Below, piece by piece: positions 1 to 9,832 of a DNA stretch of 64,000 bases. The position numbers were made by a program, and so were the translations under genes. The notes beneath the pieces were generated by a model. That model was not told the DNA's origin. It was given only the letters and a program-made list of their open reading frames with translations, and ran no database searches. Location: contig JBJEGD010000040.1 in assembly GCA_051874735.1 (NCBI GenBank), positions 26,438-90,437 of the forward strand. The letters run 5' to 3'. The first letter of the stretch is position 1. Each line of letters begins with the position of its first letter. This DNA is from Candidatus Bruticola sp. Its GTDB lineage: Bacteria > Vulcanimicrobiota > Xenobia > Xenobiales > Xenobiaceae.

Positions 1-1
1 T

Positions 2-265
2 ATTAACGGATTCAGAGCGGTGCGCCGCTGTGCCTTTGAAATGCTTAATTTAGATGAGTGCGGTTTCCCCATTGAATATCAAATGAGTATTCGAGCTATG
101 AAAAAAGCGCTGCGCATAGTAGAAATTTCCACTGTAGAGGGAGATCGCCTGGGAGGAGAGTCTAAGTGCTTGTCTTTTCCGGTAGGTTGGGGACACGTTA
201 AAGTGCTAGGACGCGAAATTATGAACAGTCTTAGCGAATATTTAACTAAAAATTTTATGAAGTAG
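2..265 (+). CDS. Glycosyltransferase family 2 (DPM-synthase-like), C-terminal part, truncated by window start
   Basis: Frame is open from base 2 (INGFRAVRR...). 'GFRA', 'FPIEYQMSIRA' and 'IVEISTVEGDRLGGESK' match the C-terminus of DPM1-like GT2 enzymes. Confidence 0.7.
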   Translation: MNGFRAVRRCAFEMLNLDECGFPIEYQMSIRAMKKALRIVEISTVEGDRLGGESKCLSFPVGWGHVKVLGREIMNSLSEYLTKNFMK

Positions 266-280
266 GCTCAGGCTAAAATA

Positions 281-925
281 ATGATTTCTTTTATTGAGGG
301 ATTATGTGTTTACAGCGGTCAAGGCCGAGTTGTTTTAGAAGTTGGCGGTATCGGTTGTGAAATTTTTGTTTCTGAACCTTTGGCTGCCAGATGTGCTGTA
401 GATAAATACTATCGCCTGCAGACTTTAATGGTTGTGCGCGATAATGAAATCTTTTTAGTAGGTTTTTCTTCGCCTTTAGAACGTGAATTTTATAAATTGC
501 TTACTTCCATTTCTGGTATTGGTTCTAAAGCTGCTCTCAAAATTTTGAGTCAGCTTACTCCAGCCGATTTAGCTTCCTGTATTTTGGCCGATGACAGCAA
601 ATCTTTAGTTAAAGTACCAGGCATAGGAGCAAAAACATCTAAGCGCATAATTTTAGAGCTCAAAGAAAAAATTGAAGAAATGGTTAAAAGTGCTGCTCTA
701 GTTTTAGATGCTTCTGCCCCGCGCGAAGCCGAACAGGCGGAGAGCAAGAGTGCTGAAAGCGCACTTCCTGGTCCTGCTTTAGAAGCCGTCTCGGTGCTAA
801 TGGGATTAGGCTGTTCCAAAGAAGAAGCTGAAAATGCCGTTAGAGCTGCTTTAAAACATGGGGCTGAGGCTGATTCCTCCAATTTAGTTATGGCGGCAGT
901 AAGTGAGTTGGGAGGCGTAGAGTAA
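281..925 (+). CDS. ruvA: Holliday junction branch migration protein RuvA
   Basis: MISFIEG...EVGGIG start, HhH motifs 'ISGIGSKAAL' and 'VPGIGAKTSKRIILELK', C-terminal 'EAVSVLMGLG'; directly upstream of ruvB. Confidence 0.97.
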   Translation: MISFIEGLCVYSGQGRVVLEVGGIGCEIFVSEPLAARCAVDKYYRLQTLMVVRDNEIFLVGFSSPLEREFYKLLTSISGIGSKAALKILSQLTPADLASCILADDSKSLVKVPGIGAKTSKRIILELKEKIEEMVKSAALVLDASAPREAEQAESKSAESALPGPALEAVSVLMGLGCSKEEAENAVRAALKHGAEADSSNLVMAAVSELGGVE

Positions 926-928
926 ATT

Positions 929-1954
929 ATGTTTGGTTTGCCTCGCCGTCAGTTGTCTCCACGTCAGGTTTCTGCTGAGGAGAGTGAAAGTGAAAAGAGC
1001 CTGCGCCCTCATAATATCTCTGAATATGTGGGACAAACTGATATAGTTGATAATCTGCGCGTTTTTATTAAAGCTGCTAAGCAGCGGCGCGAGCCCCTCG
1101 ATCATATCTTACTGTCTGGGCCGCCCGGATTAGGTAAAACGACCTTGGCCCAATTAGTCGCTTCTGAAATGGGGGTGGAAATGCGCACCGCTTCTGGCCC
1201 CGCCATTTCGCGTCCTATCGATCTTTTGGTGCTCCTGCATGGGCTCAAACCGCGTCAAGTATTATTTATAGACGAAATACATCGTCTATCTCATGTCGTT
1301 GAAGAGATTCTTTATCCAGTTATGGAAGATCTTTCTTTCGATCGTATCATCAGCAAGGGTAACGCTAAAGGAGCTGTTCAGCATCGCGTAGCTCCCTTTA
1401 CTTTAGTTGGAGCTACTACCAGGTCTGGAGCTCTGTCGTCTCCTTTACGCTCTCGTTTCGGCATACTGATGCAGCTCAATTTTTATAAACCTGCTGAATT
1501 GGCTAAAATAGTCAGTCGTTCAGCTTCTCTGCTCAATATAAATATAAACGAAGGAGGCAGTTTAGAAATAGCCCGTCGCTGTAGGGGAACTCCTCGTATT
1601 GCCAACAGACTTATAAAGAGGGTGCGCGATTTTGCCCAGGTTGATGGCGCCGATATTATTACCGCGGAGTTAGCTGCATCAGCTTTGGAGCGTATGTCCA
1701 TCGATTCATGCGGACTAGATTCTGTAGACAGGCGCATTCTTGATATTCTTATCAATACATATAAAGGCCAACCTGTCGGTTTGGCTACTTTGGCGGCAGC
1801 TGTAGGTGAAGAGCCGGAAAACTTAGAAGACGTCTATGAGCCTTATCTGTTAGCTTCCGGCTTTTTGTTAAAAACACCTCGCGGACGTGTAGCCGGCCCC
1901 AAAGCTTACGAGCATTTAGGTTTGGAGCCGCCTGGGCAATCGAGTATAGATTAA
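929..1954 (+). CDS. ruvB: Holliday junction branch migration helicase RuvB
   Basis: 'SLRP', Walker A GPPGLGKTT, 'FIDEIHRL', 'GATTRSG', 'RGTPRIANRL', 'EPYL', 'TPRGR'. Confidence 0.98.
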   Translation: MFGLPRRQLSPRQVSAEESESEKSLRPHNISEYVGQTDIVDNLRVFIKAAKQRREPLDHILLSGPPGLGKTTLAQLVASEMGVEMRTASGPAISRPIDLLVLLHGLKPRQVLFIDEIHRLSHVVEEILYPVMEDLSFDRIISKGNAKGAVQHRVAPFTLVGATTRSGALSSPLRSRFGILMQLNFYKPAELAKIVSRSASLLNININEGGSLEIARRCRGTPRIANRLIKRVRDFAQVDGADIITAELAASALERMSIDSCGLDSVDRRILDILINTYKGQPVGLATLAAAVGEEPENLEDVYEPYLLASGFLLKTPRGRVAGPKAYEHLGLEPPGQSSID

Positions 1955-4026
1955 GGCTCAGACGAAGAAGCTGTAATTTCTTTGACTAAGCTGTCAGCAT
2001 GGTAAACATGGCGCAGAGCTTCCAATAGGGCCGGTGAAGCTACAGAAATATGACGGGCTTTTACTTCATCGTAGACAAAATTGCGCACCATGCCGAACTG
2101 ATTACGGTCAAAATTGAGGCCAACTAGCTCTCCTGCCTTATTGAGCACTGGACTGCCAGAGTTACCTCCGATAGTGTCTGAAGTAGCTGTAAATACCATA
2201 TGTGTATGCAGATCTAAGCTATCGCGGTTATTCAGCCATGATGGGGGCACCCGGAAAGGAGGGGTGCCTTTGTGCAATTCAGCACGTTTGTACAGGTCGT
2301 CTAAAGTTGTACACCACTTTATTTCCTGTCCGTTGTCTTGGTAACCTTTGACCACGCCATAGGAAAGGCGCAGAGTAAAAGTGGCGTCGGGAGGAACGGC
2401 GCCTTGGTCAATTTTAAAACGTTCAGTAGCTATTTGAGCGTAAGCTTTTACTGAAGGAGCCTTAAAAATATTCTCATAAGCGCGTCGCAGCTGACGGGAG
2501 TTGTCGTCTATAGACAGGGCCAGCTGAATCATGGAATCATCCGTTTTTTGCAGTTCTTGCCAACTGAGATTGGCCAAACGTTCCCTTTCTTTGACGTCGA
2601 ACAGATGGCAGCCGTCTACCAGTTCGGCCGCTCGATCGGCCGGGCTCTGTCCTTGCAGAATAATTTGGATTGAGGGATTGTCAGCGCCTAACCGTTCGGC
2701 TGCGAAGGAAAAACTAGCGCTGAGGCGGGCCTTTTCTACGTCGGCATAGATAGGAGCTGGTGAAAATATATTCTGTTTGAGAGAATCGAGCTTAGTAGAA
2801 TTGTACTCCTGCAGATGGAATTGCGGATTATCTTTTTCTCGAGCTAAACGAACTATATGTCGGGCGATCGAGAAGAGAGGACTAGGGTAAGCATCTTTCT
2901 TTTCGAGAAGGTAATAAGGCTCTTCAAGGTGGCTGATATCTCGGCAGGCTTTTTCTATATCTTGCCAAGGGGTTTGATCGCTCACTAATTTTCTGAGGCG
3001 ATCTTCTTGGGCTTTTTTGCGCTCCATAATGGAAGTTCGGCACAAACCTTGATACATGCCAGTGTAAGCTTTACGGGAATTCGCTATAGAGCGTATATCG
3101 TTATTAATGCGGCGGGCGTTTTCAGGAGAGCGCTCGGCAAACTGCAAATAAGCGGCTTCCATAGCTCTGGCTCTAGCTAAACGGTAAGGAAGAGTTACCG
3201 AACGGGTATGTTTAGTTTGAGCGTAAGTTTCCAAACGATTAGTTGTACCTGGATGTCCGACTACAAAAACGAGATCATTTTCTTGGGGGCCTTGAGGATT
3301 GATGGTGAAGAAATGTTGCGGTTTGACGGGTTTCCCATTCTCGTAGACGCGGAAGATCGCAGCATCAAGGCAGGTACGCGGATATTCAAAATTGTCAGCA
3401 TCTCCGCCGAAGAAAGCGGCTTCTTGTTCAGGAGCCCAAACTAAGCGGATATCAGTATACTTTTTGTATATGTATAAACAGTACTGGCCGCCTTGATATA
3501 ACGTTACTACGTCGCAGCGCAGCTTAGTGCGTTCGCCGGCCTCTTTTTCTATGGTGGCTATATTGGCTTTTCTTATGCTGTCAGCCTGGGCGGCGTCAGT
3601 TTGGGGAGTTATTGAGCTGTTGACCCTATCAGTAACATCGGTAATTGACTGTAGACAGTTAATTTCTAAGTTGGGAGCTTTTAATTCCTCGCTCCTATTT
3701 TTAGCCAAAAATCCGTTGGCGATTAAGTCGCGCGTAGGAGTACTTAATTCGGAAAGGGTTTCATCAGCTATATGATGATTAGTAATTACCAAGCCGTCCG
3801 CCGAGATAAAACCGCCCGATCCGCCGTTATTGAAGCGCACGGCGGCGTGCATAGCTTTATCGAGCCACTGTTCACTTAGAGTAAAGTTATATTTCTGAGC
3901 TAGCTGTTTTTGCGGAGGAGTATTAAAAGGGAACATTCCTTCGTCGGCCCGGCAGAGTGCGGGAAAAGCTGCGGCTGCAGCCAAGCTGATAATTAGAGCA
4001 GAAGCAGAAAACTTTATATTAATCAT
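1951..4026 (-). CDS. S46 family dipeptidyl peptidase (DPP7/DPP11-like), secreted
   Basis: Signal peptide then 'ADEGMF', 'GSGGFISADGLVITNHH', 'DNFEYPR', 'GHPGTT', catalytic 'DTIGGNSGSP', 'GLNFDRN'. Confidence 0.93.
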   Translation of the reverse strand: MINIKFSASALIISLAAAAAFPALCRADEGMFPFNTPPQKQLAQKYNFTLSEQWLDKAMHAAVRFNNGGSGGFISADGLVITNHHIADETLSELSTPTRDLIANGFLAKNRSEELKAPNLEINCLQSITDVTDRVNSSITPQTDAAQADSIRKANIATIEKEAGERTKLRCDVVTLYQGGQYCLYIYKKYTDIRLVWAPEQEAAFFGGDADNFEYPRTCLDAAIFRVYENGKPVKPQHFFTINPQGPQENDLVFVVGHPGTTNRLETYAQTKHTRSVTLPYRLARARAMEAAYLQFAERSPENARRINNDIRSIANSRKAYTGMYQGLCRTSIMERKKAQEDRLRKLVSDQTPWQDIEKACRDISHLEEPYYLLEKKDAYPSPLFSIARHIVRLAREKDNPQFHLQEYNSTKLDSLKQNIFSPAPIYADVEKARLSASFSFAAERLGADNPSIQIILQGQSPADRAAELVDGCHLFDVKERERLANLSWQELQKTDDSMIQLALSIDDNSRQLRRAYENIFKAPSVKAYAQIATERFKIDQGAVPPDATFTLRLSYGVVKGYQDNGQEIKWCTTLDDLYKRAELHKGTPPFRVPPSWLNNRDSLDLHTHMVFTATSDTIGGNSGSPVLNKAGELVGLNFDRNQFGMVRNFVYDEVKARHISVASPALLEALRHVYHADSLVKEITASSSEP

Positions 4027-4262
4027 AAAAATATACTTCTTATATAAATTAACTTATTTCCTGCTGGTGGAGCTAGTCACTGTTACTCTGGGAAAGCTCT
4101 GTACTTTATAAATAAGTCTGATAGAGTGGTTATTACCTTTACTTCTAGGAATATTTGCTCTTGGCGGTAAAATTATACTTTGAAGGTTGAGGTGTTAACA
4201 TATCTTCCATGTAGTTCTGTATATCTACATGTCGGTAAAGTATGGTCAAAGGGGCAAATTCT

Positions 4263-4931
4263 ATGGGACAGCAAATTCTGATTATCGGTTTGGGACAGTT
4301 CGGCATGTCGTTGGCCCGCACACTTTCTGAAAAAGGCGTGGAAGTGTTGGCTGTAGATCGCGATCTTTCCCTGGTAGAAGAAGCCTCGCTCTTTGTAGCC
4401 GACGCCATGCAGATACGCATCGCTGATGAAGTAGATATGGCTAGGCTTGATCCTTCGAAACGCGATGCCGCTGTGTGTGCTATTGGAGATCAAGCTAAAG
4501 AAGATTCGATTATTTGTACCGCTCTTTTAAGTCAACTAGGCGCTCCTTTTATTGTTGCTAGAGCGCGTGATTCAGTACATAAACGAATTCTCAAAGCTGT
4601 AGGAGCCAATCTGATTATAAATCCGGAACGTGAATTCGGCCGCCGTTTTGCTACGCGTCTCATTAACCGCCACATGGTTGTCGATACCGATTTGGGCGAT
4701 GACTGTCTGCTAACGGAAATAAGAGTTCAACCAGGTATGGTTGGCAAAAATCTAATTGAGTTGGAACTGCCTAAGCGTTTCGAAGTCATGGTAGCTGGCA
4801 TACGCTGTTCTGAAGATCCTTCTAAAATTATCCATCCTAATCCCAGTATTCCTTTAAAAGCCAATGATAGACTCATTATTGTTTCTAATGAGTTAGCTAT
4901 TGCTGAAATGCAAAAAACTTTTCGCCGTTAA
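4263..4931 (+). CDS. ktrA: Ktr/Trk K+ uptake regulatory RCK subunit (KtrA/TrkA family)
   Basis: 'IIGLGQFG' Rossmann motif, 'ARA...HKRILKAVGA...PE', C-terminal RCK_C 'MVGKNLIELELPKRFEV'. Start placed at ATG 4263; track start 4242 is also possible. Confidence 0.9.
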   Translation: MGQQILIIGLGQFGMSLARTLSEKGVEVLAVDRDLSLVEEASLFVADAMQIRIADEVDMARLDPSKRDAAVCAIGDQAKEDSIICTALLSQLGAPFIVARARDSVHKRILKAVGANLIINPEREFGRRFATRLINRHMVVDTDLGDDCLLTEIRVQPGMVGKNLIELELPKRFEVMVAGIRCSEDPSKIIHPNPSIPLKANDRLIIVSNELAIAEMQKTFRR

Positions 4932-4937
4932 AAACTT

Positions 4938-6977
4938 ATGATAAAGAGATTGGCAGATTTATACGATAGGCTCAGAGAAGCTGCTTCAGGTTGGTCCGCT
5001 TTCAGCAGTGCTGCCATCGTTCTTTCCCCCTTAGCCTTTATCTTCTTTGGGCTCGATCTCGAGGAAGGCGGCACTATTCCGGCTTTCCGAGGTCTATGTT
5101 CAAGTCTGGCTTTAATTTTTACCGTCTCCATAGGTCTATTCTGGGATAAACACCCCAAAATAGGCAAGTTCCTCGCTATAGGCGATACTTTTGCTTGTAT
5201 AGGAGCAGCCGGCAAATATATATTTAACGATCCGTTTTCAGCTTTGACTATCTTTGCGGCAGTTTCAGTTTTAATAAACGCCGTGATTCATTATAAGGGC
5301 CATACTGGTGGATACGCCGCTCCTAAACATCAGGCGATCGATTTGGAAGCTGTCAACGGAGCGGTAGGTGGTTTTGTCAGCCTATTTTTTATAACTTGGC
5401 TGCTTTGCGGATTCAGCAATCGGTTAGGCCTGTCGCTATGTGCTTGCGGTGGACTTATTTGTCAGCTTATTTTTTATAAGTGGTCTCGTATTACCGCCTC
5501 TAAAATTCCCCAAACGGCTGTATTATTCTGTTTCTTCTTAATTTGTTTCAGTTTTTCCGCTTCTGGAACTTGGCTGACTGTAATTTCAATTTTTTTCTCT
5601 ATTTTTGTTGATATATTTATCGCCAGCAGTTACGGAGATTTAAAGCTTAGAGAAGATTTAGGCATAGACTTCTTTATAAATCGCCCAGCGCGTTTTTTAC
5701 TATTTACTTTTGTGCTGCTCTGTACGGTCGGTTCGATTCTTCTATATTTGCCTATATCGTCTCACAATAGTCTTGAATTTATAGATGCTGCTTTTATTGC
5801 AGTTAGTGCATCTTGCGTAACTGGATTGACTTGCATAGATATAGACCAATTTACCGTTTACGGTAAAATTTTTATTGTTATGCTTGTCCAATTGGGAGGT
5901 CTTGGGATGATGGGTACCGCCTCTTTAGCGATGCACGCTATGGGACGACGACTCAGTCTCCGTCATGAACGTCTGCTGGCTTCTCTTTCAGAATCAGAAA
6001 GTGGTCCCAACCTCATACGATCTTTATATATCATAGGAATTTATGTTTTTATTTTGGAGCTGCTCGGCGGCTTGATTATGACTTGGGCTCTAATAAATCA
6101 GGGAATGGCTTGGAAGAGCGCTGTAGGGCGAGCCTTTTTTATGGCCGTTACTGCTTTTTGTAACGCCGGCATGACATACGACAGCTTTAACATGGTAACT
6201 TACGCTCAGACTCCTGTTATGCTTTACACTGTAGCTTTTTTGGTCATTCTAGGCAGTATGTCGCCTCTGACTTTTTTAGCTGTTCCTCTTTGGTTCAAGC
6301 GTCGCCATATATCATTAGTCAGTTTTTTAGCCTTATCGGCTACTATGTTGCTCTTATCTTTGGGGACCGTATTATATTTGTTGTTAGAATGGAATGGAGT
6401 TTTTGCTCATCTAAATCTCCCGGACAAGTTCCACAATGCTTTTTTTCTCTCAGCGGTAGGGAGGACAGCTGGCTTCAATTCTGTAGATGTAAGTGGTTTA
6501 GCCCCTTTGAGCGTGATTATCAGTTTGGTATTTATGCTTATAGGTGGTTGTCCGGGAGGTACAGCTGGAGGGATGAAAACTGTTACGATAGCCATTATGT
6601 TATTGGCTTTTTGGAGCGATCTTAACCAAGAAAAAGAGGTCGTCTGCCGCCGTCGTCTTATTCCACATCATACGGTAAGGCGCACCGTTACTATTTTTGT
6701 GGCTTTTATGCTGACCTTAGCCTGCAGTACTATATTGCTGCTTTTGACTCAAAATATAGCTCCTAAGCTGCTCATTTTTGAAGCTGTATCTGCATTAGGT
6801 ACTGTGGGCATGAGTCTAGGGGCTACTCCTAATTTAGATGAAATAGGCAAAGATATTATTATCTTTACTATGTTTTGTGGCCGAATTGGCCCTATTTCTA
6901 TGTTCGCCGTTATGGCTGATAATAATCCTGTTAAACATGAAGTCGGATACCCTCAGGAAAATATTCCTTTAACTTAA
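4938..6977 (+). CDS. ktrB: Ktr/Trk K+ uptake membrane subunit (KtrB/TrkH) with long N-terminal membrane extension
   Basis: Four pore-loop Gly motifs (SCVTGL, FCNAGM, RTAGFN, GTVGMS), 'GGCPGGTAGGMK', 'MFCGRIGP'. Confidence 0.9.
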   Translation: MIKRLADLYDRLREAASGWSAFSSAAIVLSPLAFIFFGLDLEEGGTIPAFRGLCSSLALIFTVSIGLFWDKHPKIGKFLAIGDTFACIGAAGKYIFNDPFSALTIFAAVSVLINAVIHYKGHTGGYAAPKHQAIDLEAVNGAVGGFVSLFFITWLLCGFSNRLGLSLCACGGLICQLIFYKWSRITASKIPQTAVLFCFFLICFSFSASGTWLTVISIFFSIFVDIFIASSYGDLKLREDLGIDFFINRPARFLLFTFVLLCTVGSILLYLPISSHNSLEFIDAAFIAVSASCVTGLTCIDIDQFTVYGKIFIVMLVQLGGLGMMGTASLAMHAMGRRLSLRHERLLASLSESESGPNLIRSLYIIGIYVFILELLGGLIMTWALINQGMAWKSAVGRAFFMAVTAFCNAGMTYDSFNMVTYAQTPVMLYTVAFLVILGSMSPLTFLAVPLWFKRRHISLVSFLALSATMLLLSLGTVLYLLLEWNGVFAHLNLPDKFHNAFFLSAVGRTAGFNSVDVSGLAPLSVIISLVFMLIGGCPGGTAGGMKTVTIAIMLLAFWSDLNQEKEVVCRRRLIPHHTVRRTVTIFVAFMLTLACSTILLLLTQNIAPKLLIFEAVSALGTVGMSLGATPNLDEIGKDIIIFTMFCGRIGPISMFAVMADNNPVKHEVGYPQENIPLT

Positions 6978-7025
6978 CTTTTAGCAGAGAAAAAAGATAA
7001 TTGGGGCAGAGGCGTAAAAAGCCAT

Positions 7026-7682
7026 ATGAAAGTAGCAAAGTCTGTAAAAATAAGTATTTGGTGCTTCATACTTTTCAATTTAATGGTAGCATACTGCTGT
7101 ATCTGGATCTTTACGCGCATGTTACCTTCTATAGAAGCGGTAATTCAAGATAATGAAACGTCTATTCATGTTTCTATGACTATGATGGCCATGCTCACTC
7201 AGCATCAGCATGGCCTCGTCTCTAAGCATATTGCTATGCCTAAGTTTGAGCGGTATTTAAAAGAAGCGGAAGATCTCGTCAGTGAGAAAGGGGAAACTGA
7301 ATATCTGAAGGTTATTAGAGAACATTATCGGAATGCTTTCGAGGGGAAAAAGCTGGAGTTTAATGTAGTGACTGACGCTATAGTTAGGCTAGAAAACGTA
7401 AACAGGGAAGCCATGCATAATTCTATTGTGAAGGCTCAACATATGGGGCGAACGGGCGCCTGGGGTATAGTGTTTATGGCCATTATGAATTTTATTGCCG
7501 GCTTAATTTTTATGCATAACTTAAATCTAAAATTTATTGAACCGATGGAAGAGATAGAACAGACTATCAGCGACTTCAAAAAAGGTAATAAAATGCGCCG
7601 CTGTTTAGTTTCTAGCCAATCGATGGGCATGGAAAAAATTATGCGCAATCTTAACGATCTTTTAGACTCCATCGATCAGTAG
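7026..7682 (+). CDS. Membrane protein with TM / four-helix sensory bundle / TM / HAMP-like tail, no output domain
   Basis: Two hydrophobic segments flank a helical region ('DNETSIHVSMTM', 'SEKGE', 'LENVNREAM'). The tail 'IEPMEEI...KGN..RRC....MEKIMRNLNDLLD' is HAMP-like. Confidence 0.65.
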   Translation: MKVAKSVKISIWCFILFNLMVAYCCIWIFTRMLPSIEAVIQDNETSIHVSMTMMAMLTQHQHGLVSKHIAMPKFERYLKEAEDLVSEKGETEYLKVIREHYRNAFEGKKLEFNVVTDAIVRLENVNREAMHNSIVKAQHMGRTGAWGIVFMAIMNFIAGLIFMHNLNLKFIEPMEEIEQTISDFKKGNKMRRCLVSSQSMGMEKIMRNLNDLLDSIDQ

Positions 7683-7731
7683 GCTTTATCGGTTAGTGCA
7701 TTTCTAGTGTTTAAAAGGCAAAAATTAGTAT

Positions 7732-8691
7732 ATGAAGTTAGACCATTATACCGTTATCGATGTTGAAACTGCCAATGCTAACCGCAGTTCTATATGCCAA
7801 ATTGCCGTTCAGGAAATATATGGCGATCAAATAATTTTTGAAGCTTGCAGTCTGATCAATCCTCAGGAACATTTTGATGATCTTAATATCTCCATTCATC
7901 ATATTGAGGAAGCCGAGGTAAAAAATGCCCCTACTATGGCTCAGTATTGGCCTAAAATTAAAGATCACTGTTTAAACACAGTTATCGTGGCCCATAATGC
8001 AATTTTTGATCTTTCGGCCTTGAGCGGCTCTCTGCGTAAATACTCTATTCCTTTGCCTCCTAGTTTCAAGTATTTATGTACTTTGAAGTTGGCAGAACGC
8101 TTGTTACCTGGTCGTCGCAGATCTCAAAACCCTGCCCTCAAAGCCTTAGAAAATCCTGGAAGCGTAGGTTATTCTTTAAAAGCTCTGTGCTGCTATTATT
8201 CTATAAATATGATTAGACATCATGACGCCTTTTCTGATACAGATGCGTGTCGCCGCCTTCTAGAAAATTTGTTGCAGGAAGGCGAATTACTGGAAAGCGA
8301 TATAGGGGAATATGTAAATTTTAACCAAGCGGGCTTTGCCGATTATGAAGGGGACGGGATGAGCGCCCATAACGAAAAATCCGCTTCTGACAGTTTTAAT
8401 TCGTTTAAAGTTCATCAGGAGGTGCGCATCTGTCTTACTGGCAAGTTTCGTTTAGGTAGGCGCGACAAAGTGGAAAAAATGCTGACAGACGCCGGGGCTG
8501 TAATACAAAACTCAGTAGGCTTTGATACCGATTATTTAGTTACTGGCAATTTAAAAAATTTGGGAGCTCAATTGTCAGCTAAAGAAAAGAAAGCCGAGCA
8601 GGTTAAAGCGGCAGGTTGCGATCTTAAAATAATTAATGAAATGGAAATGAGCACTTTGTTGAAAGTTCTCTCCGAAAGTAGCCGTACTTAA
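7732..8691 (+). CDS. DEDDh 3'-5' exonuclease (DNA Pol III epsilon-like) with C-terminal BRCT domain
   Basis: 'IDVETAN', 'VAHNAIFD', 'CTLKLA', 'HHDAFSD'; BRCT 'ICLTGKF..GRRDKVEKMLTDAGA....V..DTDYLVTG...K..KAEQ'. Confidence 0.88.
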   Translation: MKLDHYTVIDVETANANRSSICQIAVQEIYGDQIIFEACSLINPQEHFDDLNISIHHIEEAEVKNAPTMAQYWPKIKDHCLNTVIVAHNAIFDLSALSGSLRKYSIPLPPSFKYLCTLKLAERLLPGRRRSQNPALKALENPGSVGYSLKALCCYYSINMIRHHDAFSDTDACRRLLENLLQEGELLESDIGEYVNFNQAGFADYEGDGMSAHNEKSASDSFNSFKVHQEVRICLTGKFRLGRRDKVEKMLTDAGAVIQNSVGFDTDYLVTGNLKNLGAQLSAKEKKAEQVKAAGCDLKIINEMEMSTLLKVLSESSRT

Positions 8692-9671
8692 GGTCTATTT
8701 GGGCTTAAAGCTGTAATCGCTTTCTGCAGGCTGGCTGCGGTGGGATCTTCTTCGATGGGGCCGTTGGCATAAAGAGGCCTGCGGCTGATTTGCTTGCTTA
8801 TGTAAAGTTGCTGATCTTTATTGAGCAGTTCATTAAGCTTTTTAGCTGCGTTTTTTTCGGCATTTTTGTCTTCTTCCGCTGCTTCAATAAGTTTTAGCAC
8901 GCATCGAGCTTGAGCCGGAGTCAGGGCTAACGATCCGCCTTTATCTTCTAAAAAAATTATAGCCGCTAAGCAGCGCTCATAATTGTTGTTGATGCGCTGC
9001 TTTGTTTGTCTTTGTAGGGCTTGCATATATTCATCAGAATATCCTGGCTTTAGTAGTCCTTTGTCAGAGCTGGAAACGTCTTTATCTTTCTCAGGGCGCT
9101 GTAGGTGAGCTTGAGCCATCTGCATGCTCAGTTGAGCTTGAGTTTCCGGACTTATTGGCGCCGCGTCAGAATCTTGGCCGCCTGTAAGCGCCGTTTGCAG
9201 CTCAGTCTGGCGGCTATCTTTGCTTCCGCCATCATGTCCGGGAAGATGTTTGACAAATATTTGTTTAGGAGCGCCTTGCTGCACAGCGGGCCGAACAGAT
9301 TGACCTTGAAATATGGAACTAGAGCGATCTATTTTGGGCATACCAACTCGGTTAGGTACGCTAGCCGGGGCGTTTTCTCCGAAACCTACAGCTAAATTTC
9401 CTGTATTTGACATTTTATCAACTTCAGTTTTGGGCGGTCCCATGTGATCTACGGTATTATCTGGTAGTTCGGCCTCAGAAGAAGTTACAACCCTAGATAG
9501 ACGGTTGTCATTCTGCTCATTATTGGCATGGCCTTGAAAAACTAAAGTTTTGTCTGCTTTGGAAGCTGGTCCGAGGTGGCTTATTTGACCTTCAGAAATA
9601 AACCTTATTTGCAGAGCGGCCCAAACGGTGAAAAACAGAGCAGTTGCTTTAAACAGATTAAGACGGAACAT
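8688..9671 (-). CDS. Hypothetical exported or anchored protein: disordered middle, helical LTxxQ-like C-terminus
   Basis: N-terminal hydrophobic segment, low-complexity linker, 'LALTPAQA' and 'LLNKDQQ' resembling Spy/CpxP-type LTxxQ helices. Confidence 0.5.
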   Translation of the reverse strand: MFRLNLFKATALFFTVWAALQIRFISEGQISHLGPASKADKTLVFQGHANNEQNDNRLSRVVTSSEAELPDNTVDHMGPPKTEVDKMSNTGNLAVGFGENAPASVPNRVGMPKIDRSSSIFQGQSVRPAVQQGAPKQIFVKHLPGHDGGSKDSRQTELQTALTGGQDSDAAPISPETQAQLSMQMAQAHLQRPEKDKDVSSSDKGLLKPGYSDEYMQALQRQTKQRINNNYERCLAAIIFLEDKGGSLALTPAQARCVLKLIEAAEEDKNAEKNAAKKLNELLNKDQQLYISKQISRRPLYANGPIEEDPTAASLQKAITALSPNRP

Positions 9672-9752
9672 ACTCTTTATTATAAGAATATCTGTAGTTA
9701 GACGCTAGCGTCTCCAAACTCTTTAAATGGAGGAATAACATTTTTTCTCTTC

Positions 9753-9780
9753 TTGACAAAGATTGGCGATGTTGTAGACT
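9753..9780 (+). promoter_or_regulatory. Putative sigma70-type promoter for the ABC exporter
   Basis: TTGACA (9753-9758), 16 nt, TAGACT (9775-9780), about 50 nt before the start codon. Confidence 0.5.
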
Positions 9781-9832
9781 TTTTGGGCATTTGTTTCCGC
9801 CATATTGTAAAAATTAGGAAAGCGTAAGAGTT

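Noticed and set aside
1951-1954. Overlapping TTAA stop codons of convergent genes (also at 8688-8691)
   Set aside because: Common in compact bacterial genomes; no special meaning evident.
2114-3775. Short plus-strand ORFs inside the S46 peptidase gene, and similar antisense ORFs throughout the track
   Set aside because: Fully overlapped by well-supported genes on the opposite strand, with no motifs; treated as shadow ORFs.
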